Below, piece after piece: positions 27,901 through 37,774 of a stretch of 64,000 bases of DNA (positions within the stretch are counted from its first letter, which is position 1; every line of letters begins with the position of its first letter). Below the pieces are notes generated by a model that was given only the letters and a program-made list of their open reading frames with translations, had not been told where the DNA came from and ran no database searches. The stretch comes from Antedon mediterranea. Its lineage: Eukaryota; Animalia; Echinodermata. The DNA is taken from the NCBI RefSeq assembly GCF_964355755.1, contig NC_092673.1, forward strand, positions 10,822,948-10,886,947. Reading direction: 5' to 3'. Made by a program: the position numbers and the translations under genes.

Positions 27901-28975
27901 GCACTCAAACTTGAGCATTACCCGTTACGCCACAAACCAGTAGATGACTGAAGAGCTGATAATACTCTATTTATTTGAAATAAATAATAAATCAATGAAA
28001 AATAATGCCATGCAACTTTGTTTCTGATTTAAAAAAAAGGTCCACTTGTTTAGGCCTGATATTTACAACCCTCAAAATATCTCACTTTCAAAAACAATAT
28101 TTATTTTCAATTTAAAAAAAAAATCCCTAGAGGTTCAAACCCACTACTGAGAGCACTCAAACCTGAGCATTATCCGTTACGCCACAAACCAGTAGATGAC
28201 TGAGGAGCTGATAATAGTCTATTTATATGAAATGAATGATCAATCAATGCAATGCAAACTTTGTTTCTGATTTTAAAAAAGGTCCACTTGTTTAGGCCTG
28301 ACATTTACAACCCTCAAAATATCTCACTTTCAAAAACAATATTTATTTTCAATTTAAAAAAAAAAAGAAAAAAAATATTCGTAGAGGTTCGAACCCACCA
28401 CTGAGAGAACTCAAACCTGAGCACTGCCGGTTACCCCACAAACCAGTAGATGACTGAAGAGCTGATAACAGTCTATTTATATGAAACGAATGATCAATCA
28501 ATGAAAAATAATGCCATGCAACTTTGTTTCTGATTTTTAAAAAGGTTCACTTGTTTAGGCCTGGCATTTACAACCCTCAAAATATCTCACTTTCAAAAAC
28601 AATATATATTTTCAATAAAAAAAAAAAAGAAAAAAAGTTCCCGTAGAGTTTCGAACCCACTACTGAGAGCACTCAAACCTGAGTATTACCCGTTACGCCA
28701 CAAACCAGTAGATGACTGAAGAGCTGATAATAGTCTATTTATATGAAAAGAATGATCAATCATTTTCTGATTTTAAAAAAATGTCCACTTGTTTAGGCCT
28801 GACATTTACTACCCTCAAAATATCTCACTTTCAAAAACAATATTTATTTTCAAATAAAAAAAAAAATATCCTTATAGGTTCGAACCCACTACTGGGAGCA
28901 CTCAAAACTGAGCATTACCGTTATTCCATAAAGTAGTACACGCCAGAACAGTTTATAATAGTCTATTTATAAGTG
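21921..28975 (-). repeat. Satellite D, block 3, ending in a degenerate unit
   Basis: Same ~260-bp unit in the block 1 orientation, with a ~1.3-kb five-unit duplication (23461 vs 24767). Confidence 0.95.
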
Positions 28976-29033
28976 TATTACGTAATTCATCATTACGTCA
29001 TAAATATCATATTAAACTTTTTAAAACCAAAAT

Positions 29034-29106
29034 GGCCAGTTAGCTCAGACGACTGAGCGTCGTGTTGACAACACGTATGTCGTGGGTTCGATTCCCACGC
29101 TGGTTG
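29034..29106 (+). tRNA. tRNA-like gene/pseudogene or SINE head: tRNA-Ile-type body with GAC (Val) anticodon
   Basis: Cloverleaf: acceptor GGCCAGT/GCTGGTT (3 G-U pairs), D stem GCTC/GAGC, anticodon stem CGTG/CACG with loop TTGACAA, T arm GTGGG-TTCGATT-CCCAC. D loop lacks the conserved GG. Confidence 0.7.
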
Positions 29107-29568
29107 GTGAAATAGAGTTAAAGGTATGCGACCAACTGTGTTTGGGGTTCACAGAATTTACGTCCCCCTTTCCACCACACATCTTGAGAAGGCACTAGCA
29201 ATGCATCTGGTGATGATGTGGTCGCAGGGAGAGCACATTTTAAAAATGTTTTTGGCTTTCGCTGCATGTATTTGATCTCGTAAATTTTATGTTTAGCGCC
29301 CTCAATTTAATGTAAAAAGAAATTAATTTATCTTCGTTACGTACCTAATCACTTTTTCAGGGGACAATATATCTTTAAGATAATAATAGTCATTGCAGAA
29401 ATAATAATTATTTGAAAAATAAAATTTAAAGAACTGACTACAAAAGATTGCTCACGTTAGTTTTATTATAACAGTCATTCACCCTGCGAAACCTAATAAC
29501 CTTTAACCTACAGTAGTAAGTAGGCCAGGTAGCCTACGTTGGCTAGGTTCAGGACTGATTGCCCATAA

Positions 29569-29804
29569 AACATTCGATGTATAAATATCAACACCCCAGA
29601 CAGTGTAATAATAACCTTTCCAGACCGAAAACCATTCTGGTTTGACTGAGGTTCTGGGCTTCTCCAAGATTACGCAAGTTGTCTAGGACCTCTTCGGTTA
29701 ATCTTCAATAATGGAGCTATTCGATTCGATTCGAACATTCGATGTATAAATATCAACACCCCAGACAGTGTAATAATGACCTTTCCAGACCGATAACCAT
29801 TCTG
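29569..29804 (+). repeat. ~70-bp direct repeat pair (29569-29639 and 29734-29804)
   Basis: AACATTCGATGTATAAATATCAACACCCCAGACAGTGTAATAAT...CCATTCTG present twice with 2 substitutions. Confidence 0.85.
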
Positions 29805-29968
29805 CCCGAAAGTACGATACTCTCTCGATACAATTCCATATTTTATTAGTGGAAAATGCATTTATTTAACATCAATCTTATCAAGCCACCCAAAAACTGA
29901 ATACGTACATTAAAAGTACAAAGAACAATGTAAACCTATAAACAATTATTTGCAATGAGCAATGTATA

Positions 29969-30411
29969 ATCTATATATAAATTATGGTTAATTCTGACAT
30001 AGGCGAGCACAATGCAAAAACTTCTCTACAAATCTCCGCCTTGGATACCTACCTTATCTATCTGAGATGTACCGCGAAACGTAGATTTGATAACATTAGT
30101 GTGCACGCCGACGCTATTGTTCCATATTTATATCTTAGGAAGATATTATAAAGAGTTTTTTAACAACATTTATGATTTCAACATTAGATTTTCCTCTCAA
30201 TTTCAATTCTTCCCGGTCAAAGTAATTTCCGGGTTTAAGATAAGTTCACCTTGAGTTTCAAATATTTTCTCTCTTTTAAACACAAGGGAGCAGTTAAAAT
30301 AATAGATTTGACCCTAAAGGTGACTGGAAACAGGCACTTTCCATCAATCAATACAGTGTCCCTTTGGAAGACGAAAAATATGTCAGAATTAACCATAATT
30401 TATATATAGAT
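29969..30411. mobile_element. 443-bp segment bounded by perfect 33-bp inverted repeats (MITE-like, or paired Helitron 5' ends)
   Basis: ATCTATATATAAATTATGGTTAATTCTGACATA at 29969-30001 and its exact reverse complement at 30379-30411. No clear TSD. Confidence 0.6.
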
Positions 30412-31253
30412 ACCGCGCGTGTGTGAAGGTACAGTAGTTAAATAATAGGAATTATACTGCAAATTAATAAAGATCAAATTAAATATACGCCATAAAGAAT
30501 CAGAATATATTGTGGGGAATAGTATTATAAAATTACATAGGGAGATTTGATGATAAGACATTTTTCGAGTGAAATCCCGATACTTTAGCTGAGTTTTATT
30601 GAGTAAGCTTGCAGGAATAACTGTAGGCTATCTTCCTGTGTCCCATTAGGACCAAGATGTCTGCCCATGTTGTTGCAAGCCGTAATGTCTTCTTTCTTGG
30701 GCCCACTCTGTCACGGCAGTTAGTTTCAAAAGATGATTAAATAAAATAATGTATTAATAATTATTAGGATGGTATTCATTTGAATAAACGCCTCTCAAAT
30801 AAAACATCACTTTGAATAATAAACCCTCCCCCCCCCCCCCCCCCAACCCAACTATCTAATAAACGTCCATCCACATATTTATAATAACACAATTATACTA
30901 TTTGTAGTAGAATTCACCGCACTGTTATCTACAATTTACCAAGCATTTGTTATTCTTTTTTAGCACTTTTCATATCTATTAGAGGATTTCATTTGATTAT
31001 AAATGTTACCATATTATTAAAACTAAAAAATTTAACATATATCCCTCGAATAAGCACCTCCCTCAAATGACCTCCTCCTCCCCAAAGGGCCTACCAAACA
31101 ATAAAAACTATACTTTAAAATGTTATTAATCATCTAAAACACTGTGATACAAAGTAGTTTAGTTTTACGAATGTCAAGCATTTTCAATAATGGTAACCGA
31201 CAGAAAACGTATAAGGAGAACATTATCATTCCGAGAACCATCGTCTACACTTC

Positions 31254-31290
31254 CTAGAGGGGGAGCGAGCGAAGCGAGCTCACCCTCTAG
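31254..31290 (+). mobile_element. Helitron-like 3' terminus
   Basis: GC-rich hairpin CTAGAGGG-GGAGCGAGCGAAGCGAGCTCA-CCCTCTAG ending in CTAG followed by T, in an AT-rich context. Confidence 0.55.
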
Positions 31291-31426
31291 TAAATAAAAT
31301 CAACGATGGAGAAGGTGGAAAGGTTATATACACTGCCATGGGAATGGATACTTGAGAGGCGCCATATGTCAGTTGTGTGAACACCCATATAACTATTTGG
31401 TCAAAGTTGAATTATATCTTTTGAGG

Positions 31427-32727
31427 TGTCACAAGTGACATAAGTTTTGTATTTATTGTGCAAGTCATGCTTACTTTTCCTTTTGTTTTCATTATTTGAA
31501 CCTTTCTTTTGTTTTAGGAAACTATTGTTTGAAGCCAGTGGAGCAGAGTGTTAGTGTGCAGAGAAGGAGTGTGTGGAGGTTGCTAATTGGAGGAGAGGTG
31601 TAAGAGTTGAGTTGGTGTGTGAGTTGCTGATTGGTTGAGAAGGATAAGGTGGTGGTATGTGTGCAATTGAGGAAAGTTTGAGAAGGAGATGAAAATTGAG
31701 AGGAGACAGAGAAGGAGGGTTGTGTTATGTTGAAGCAGAAAGGAAGTAAAGTGGTATATATGAAGTTAATAAATTGTGGGTTGGAAAGAAGTATGGTGAT
31801 ATAGAGCTGAAGCGGAAACGAAATAAGGTGATCTACATGAAGTTAGTAAATTGTGAGTTGGAAATAAGTATGGTGATATAGAGCTGAAGCAGAAACGAAA
31901 TAAGGTGATATACATGAAGTTAATAAATTGTGAGTTGGAAGTAATTATGGTGATCTAGAGCTGGAGCAGAAATGAAATAAAGTGAGATACATGAAGTTAA
32001 TAAATCGAATAATAACTGTTGGAAATAGCAGAATTCATTGCTTTTAAAGAAAGCTTTTGTTGAAAGTATCGAAGACTGACTTTATTGATACTGATATTAT
32101 GTTACGTGGAAAAGGAGAAAGAAATAATTGATCGGGGAGCGGATTGCAGTGCAGAAGGACATCAAGAAACATTTTTAACTTTATATTTCATTTATTTATA
32201 TGTCAGAAGATAGTTGCAGGTTGAGAAGAAGTATAATTGGGAATACAAGCAGAACGGGAGCAGAGGAGTTGTTTAGTTGCGGAATCGTTTTTAACTTTTA
32301 TCTTTCGAATTTGTTTTGTGTCAGCGTAGGAGAAAAGGCAAGAAGGAACGATATTGTGGACATTTATTATTGTATTATTCATCTTGTGATATTATTGTAT
32401 TTGGAAGGAGGGTTTCTGGGATTTATATTTGACAATAAGAAGATTGTCGATATTTTGTCTGGAAGGATTGGGAATTTGGGGAAGTGTATAAATTGTGTGG
32501 GAATAGGGATACTGTATCATTGTTTGAGAATTGCTTGGGGGTTTTTTTTGTGGGTTTTTTTAGGGGGGGGGGGGTTTGGATTATAGAAGGAAGAATTGTT
32601 GGTCAAAGATTATTATTAAATTTACTTTTTACATTTATATGTGTACAGTTGTGGCTATTTATCGTTGTTTACCGGTGGTTACCAGATATTACATGTCCGA
32701 AAGAGCCGTAATTGCGGCTGTGTGACA
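31427..32727 (+). repeat. 5' LTR (contains ~77-bp internal tandem repeat at ~31730-32005)
   Basis: Direct repeat of 34783-36083 with TG...CA inverted termini. Confidence 0.95.
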
Positions 32728-32731
32728 TTTA

Positions 32732-32748
32732 TGGGGGCTCGTCCGGGA
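32732..32748 (+). promoter_or_regulatory. Primer binding site complementary to the tRNA-Pro 3' end
   Basis: TGGGGGCTCGTCCGGGA begins 4 nt after the LTR and matches the classical tRNA-Pro PBS. Confidence 0.9.
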
Positions 32749-32889
32749 AGCTTTGTAACCTAGCGTGAACATTGGTAGATGAAACAATTGTACGTGATTG
32801 ATTGTATTGTCTATTTGTCATATTATTGACATACTGTATACTTATATTGGATACTTATACATTTATATATATTTTTTTTTTCTTAAGAA

Positions 32890-34781
32890 ATGGATCTCAC
32901 TAAAATTGTTGACGCAGGAAAAGCGTTGGGGTTAGATGGAGTGGAATTAAGAGAGTTTGTGGAAAAGAGAGAGGAAGCTGTCAGAGAGAGAGAAGAGAGA
33001 GCACTAGAGAGAGAAGAAAGAAACAGGGAGAGAGAAGAAAAAGAGCGAAACAGAGACAAGGAAGAGAGAGAGAGAAGAGAGGTGCTAGAGAGGGACGAAG
33101 CAGAGAGGAAAAGAGCGAGTGAAGAAAAAGAGAGAGTAAATGAAAGGGTGAAAGAAGCTGAAAATCAGGCCTATCTCATAGAAATGCGAAGGTTAGAAAT
33201 CCAATTAGAGCAGGAAAAGAATCGGGCACGGCTAGGTGGTAGAGTATCACCCAATCCTGAGTCACGGGTTAAGGCCAGTAAACCTAAATTACCCCCTTGT
33301 GATATCGACAATCTTCTTATTGTCAAATATAACTTTTATCTTCAGCTGAAGCTCACGATTACAAACTGTTGAAATTGGCTCTTCTAAAACGGTTTCAGTT
33401 AACCGCCGATGGATTTCGACATAAGTTACGGACAGCCAAGCCCGAATACGGAGAAAGCGGCCCGCAATTTGCTGCAAGGTTAAGCAATTATCTGGATAGG
33501 TGGATTGACCTAGCAGAGGGGGAAAAAACCTTTCAGGGGTTAAAAGATTTATTGCTGCGAGAGCAGTTTACCGATGGGTGTGGGAAGGATCTAGCTCTGT
33601 TCCTAAGGGAACGTCAACCGAAGACGATACAAGCGATGACTGAAATCGCGGAACCCTATTTGGAAGCCCGTGGGGGGTTATTTGGTAAATCAATAGAGTT
33701 TAAACAAAAAGAGCCTAATTCTCCTCAACTTTCCTCTAATAATGTTCCAAGTACATCTTCATCACAAAGCCCATCTAGTTTCCGCAGCCCAACTTGTTTT
33801 ATATGCCATCGTGTAGGTCACTTGGCTAGAAATTGCAGAGCCTCAACTAGGTATAAACCAAACCCTCCTCCAAAATGTTACAGATGCTTAAAAACAGGAC
33901 ACATTGCCAGGAATTGTAGACGAGCTGGGTTGTCTATTTCACCTCAAAAAGAGCCAAACGGCAGAGCTGCAAATAGGTATAAGCGAAACTCTCCTCCAAA
34001 GTGTTACCGATGCTTGAAAATGGGACATATTGCCAGAAATTGTAGACAGGATACCAACAGTTCCTCGGGGTTGTCTACTTTACTACAAAAAGAGTCTGAT
34101 TGCCAAAAATGTACAAACCAACCCGATTGTAAAGCCAAAGAAGAAATTCCCGTTGTGGGGGCTAGTATGGTTACGAAAATGTCAGAATCTTTAAATCAAT
34201 GTTGTATCAATAATGATGGTGATAAGGTCACGCTTCAGTGTGGGCACTGTCTTCCAATTATGGCAGCGGCTCTAAATAATTCAAGTAGTAAAATGCCCAT
34301 TTATACAGGTTGTGTTGGATCACGCCGTGTGTCTGTTCTTCGTGATAGTGGCTGTAGTGGGGTGTTTGTGAAGAAAGAACTTGTATCCGCCGAACAACTT
34401 ACGGGTAAAGAGAAAACCTGTATGCTGATTGATGGCACTGTTCGCAACTTACCGGTTGCATTAATAAATGTTAATACTCCATTCTTTTCAGGAAAAACGT
34501 ATGCACTATGTATGAATAACCCTATTTATGGTTTGATATTAGGTAACATTGCAGGAGTACGAGCACCAGGAAATCCAGATCCCACATGGAAAGAGCAAAA
34601 TCTTGAAGGATGTTCTGTTGTTACCCGATCTCAAGCTAACACTAAGAATCCACCATTCAGAACACTTAGGACCACAGAAACACACAAACAACAATCAAAC
34701 AACAAACACATGTTTCAAAGTATTAGGACCCATTCCGGTTTGAAGAAAATGTTGGGACATATTTCTTTTAGAGGGGAGTAA
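32890..34781 (+). pseudogene. gag: Disrupted gag-protease polyprotein: coiled-coil N-terminus, SCAN-like capsid domain, three CCHC zinc knuckles, aspartic protease
   Basis: ORFs 32890-33372 and 33369-34781. LLKRFQLT...LDRW...LLLREQF (SCAN-like); CFICHRVGHLARNC, CYRCLKTGHIARNC, CYRCLKMGHIARNC; LRDSGCS protease motif. Frame broken near 33300. Confidence 0.88.
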
Positions 34782-34782
34782 A
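34770..34782 (+). other. Polypurine tract
   Basis: AGAGGGGAGTAAA immediately before the 3' LTR. Confidence 0.8.
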
Positions 34783-36083
34783 TGTCACAAGTGACATAAG
34801 TTTTGTATTTATTGTGCAAGTCATGCTTACTTTTCCTTTTGTTTTCATTATTTGAACCTTTCTTTTGTTTTAGGAAACTATTGTTTGAAGCCAGTGGAGC
34901 AGACTGTTAGTGTGCAGAGAAGGAGTGTGTGGAGGTTGCTGATTGGAGGAGAGGTGTAACAGTTGAGTTGGTGTGTGAGTTGCTGATTGGTTGAGAAGGA
35001 TAAGGTGGTGGTATGTGTGCAATTGAGGGAAGTTTGAGAAGGAGATGAAAATTGAGAGGAGACAGAGAAGGAGGGTTGTGTTATGTTGAAGCAGAAAGGA
35101 AGTAAAGTGGTATATATGAAGTTAATAAATTGTGGGTTGGAAAGAAGTATGGTGATATAGAGCTGAAGCGGAAACGAAATAAGGTGATCTACATGAAGTT
35201 AGTAAATTGTGAGTTGGAAATAAGTATGGTGATATAGAGCTGAAGCAGAAACGAAATAAGGTGATATACATGAAGTTAATAAATTGTGAGTTGGAAGTAA
35301 TTATGGTGATCTAGAGCTGGAGCAGAAATGAAATAAAGTGAGATACATGAAGTTAATAAATCGAATAATAACTGTTGGAAATAGCAGAATTCATTGCTTT
35401 TAAAGAAAGCTTTTGTTGAAAGTATCGAAGACTGACTTTATTGATACTGATATTATGTTACGTGGAAAAGGAGAAAGAAATAATTGATCGGGGAGCGGAT
35501 TGCAGTGCAGAAGGACATCAAGAAACATTTTTAACTTTATATTTCATTTATTTATATGTCAGAAGATAGTTGCAGGTTGAGAAGAAGTATAATTGGGAAT
35601 ACAAGCAGAACGGGAGCAGAGGAGTTGTTTAGTTGCGAAATCGTTTTTAACTTTTATCTTTCGAATTTGTTTTGTGTCAGCGTAGGAGAAAAGGCAAGAA
35701 GGAACGATATTGTGGACATTTATTATTGTATTATTCATCTTGTGATATTATTGTATTTGGAAGGAGGGTTTCTGGGATTTATATTTGACAATAAGAAGAT
35801 TGTCGATATTTTGTCTGGAAGGATTGGGAATTTGGGGAAGTGTATAAATTGTGTGGGAATAGGGATACTGTATCATTGTTTGAGAATTGCTTGGGGGTTT
35901 TTTTTTGTGGGTTTTTTTAGGGGGGGGGGGTTTGGATTATAGAAGGAAGAATTGTTGGTCAAAGATTATTATTAAATTTACTTTTTACATTTATATGTGT
36001 ACAGTTGTGGCTATTTATCGTTGTTTACCGGTGGTTACCAGATATTACATGTCCGAAAGAGCCGTAATTGCGGCTGTGTGACA
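34783..36083 (+). repeat. 3' LTR
   Basis: Copy of 31427-32727 with only a handful of differences. Confidence 0.95.
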
Positions 36084-36941
36084 CGAGGGTGTAAATATAT
36101 AATAATATGCAACCAAGAGTAAAATTAATAGTTAAACGTAAATTTGAAATTAAATTTAACTTTTTAACGACAATTTGCAATATCATAATCTATGGCGTAC
36201 CAAACTGTCATTTTTTTAGGCAACTAAAATATCTTAGTTTGTAATAGATGTAGTTAGTTTACAATATAGATCTTAGGTTCCAATAGAGATATATCCCTGT
36301 TTATAACCAAAATATCTTTTCAATAAAGATATCTCTATTATTCCAATTAGAGACAATTAATATAATATGTCTTAAGAGATATATGTTAGTTTTGTTCCCT
36401 TGAGTTAGGCCTATTAGCAATTTAGTATTCCTATCAAATAAACTTGGTAACCTATAATAGACGAAGAAATTCCCATAAGAATAAATAGGCCTATACTAAC
36501 TATTATATTAAAAGAAATGTATTAACTAAAATCATTTCATTACTAATCAACTTATCAGATGTTATCTTAAATAGTGTTGTCATTTTTGTAATCAATATTA
36601 TCGGTATCGATATAAATCTTCAACCATCTTTAATATTTATTACCAAAATTGGTAGGCATATAGGGCTACGTGTTCCGTTTTTCTGAATCGGAATTAATTT
36701 TAAGTGTACAATAATATTGTTATACGTCAGTATAAACTGTACTTATACTCGACGCAAAGTATTCAAGTTCCATATTAGACTGTTGCTCAATTAGTTTGCT
36801 TTTACTCACGGTAGATAAATTAATTTTCTTTACCTATTAACAATTTGTTGGCACCGGTGTAGAGGAGGTTGTAAAATGATATTCGCGCGCTGTTTGATCG
36901 TAGGCCTAGAACTGTCAATCTTCGAGTTTCCAATAACAACC

Positions 36942-37572
36942 CCGCCTTCTAATTTAAATGTTAAAACGTTTTGTCCCACGCTTGAGTAGGCTCGGCTAAC
37001 AAAATTCATTTTGTCGCGACAAAACGAATTTTGTTGCAACAAATCGAATTTTGTCTACACAGAATGAATTTTGTTTACACAGAATGAATTTTGTCTACAC
37101 ATAATGAATTTTGTCTACACAGAATAAATGTTGTCTACACAGAATACATTTTGTCGCCACAAAATGAATTTTGTCCACACAGAATTAATTTTGTCTACAC
37201 AGAATTAATTTTGTCTACAAAAAAATGAATTTTGTCGTTACAGAATGAATTTTGTCGCCACAAAATGAATTTTGTCGTTACAGAATGAATTTTGTCTACA
37301 CAGAATTAATTTTGTCAACACAGAATTAATTTTGCCTACACAGAATGAATTTTGTTTACACAGAATTAATTTTGTCGAGATAAAATGAATTTTGTCAAGA
37401 CAAAATTAATTTTGTCCACACAGAATAAATTTTGTCAACACAAAATGAATTTTGTCAATACAAAATGAATTTTGTGTTGACAAAATGAATTTTGTATTGG
37501 CAAAATTCATTTTGTGTAGACAAAATTGTAATATTTCGACAAAATTAGCAATGTCCCATACGGCGCCCCGTA
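36942..37572 (+). repeat. 20-bp minisatellite element with unique head and terminal hairpin (apparently complete copy)
   Basis: Head CCGCCTTCTAATTTAAATGTTAAAACGTTTTGTCCCACGCTTGAGTAGGC, then ~25 semi-palindromic 20-bp units, ending ATGTCCCA-TACGG-CGCC-CCGTA. Confidence 0.85.
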
Positions 37573-37774
37573 CTAAATCACTTGGATCTAGCAATGGGTT
37601 CTGTAATAAAAAGTGTACTTTCCTTTTATATGAGTTTCTTGTTTATCACTATGAGTTCAACACCAAATAAAAGTCCAAATATTGTCAAATAATAACAACA
37701 ATTAAAGAGATATCTTTCAAGTAGCGTACTGGTTGCGCTTCATTGTTCCTAGATTGCATTAACCAAATTTCTTC

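Larger units (their letters stand above)
31427..36083 (+). mobile_element. Non-autonomous Ty3/gypsy (Gmr1-like) LTR retrotransposon, pol deleted
   Basis: Two ~1301-bp near-identical LTRs (TGTCACA...TGTGACA), 5-bp TSD TGAGG/CGAGG (1 mismatch), PBS, PPT and gag-protease. No RT/RH/IN. Confidence 0.95.

Noticed and set aside
13784-28936. Recurrent 60-75 aa ORFs in satellite D (MFLILKKVHLFRPD..., MSGLNKW...)
   Set aside because: They cross variable poly-A tracts that shift frame between units; no coding conservation.
13629-28975. Satellite D as a cluster of functional tRNA genes
   Set aside because: Acceptor, anticodon and T stems do not pair; only the promoter boxes and a D-arm-like stem remain.
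32200-32711. 128-aa and 75-aa ORFs duplicated at 35556-36081
   Set aside because: They lie inside the LTRs, have low-complexity composition, and their ends differ by homopolymer slips.
36998-37530. CRISPR-like look of the semi-palindromic 20-bp array
   Set aside because: Units are contiguous with only 3-5 variable bases, there are no unique spacers or cas genes, and the context is eukaryotic.
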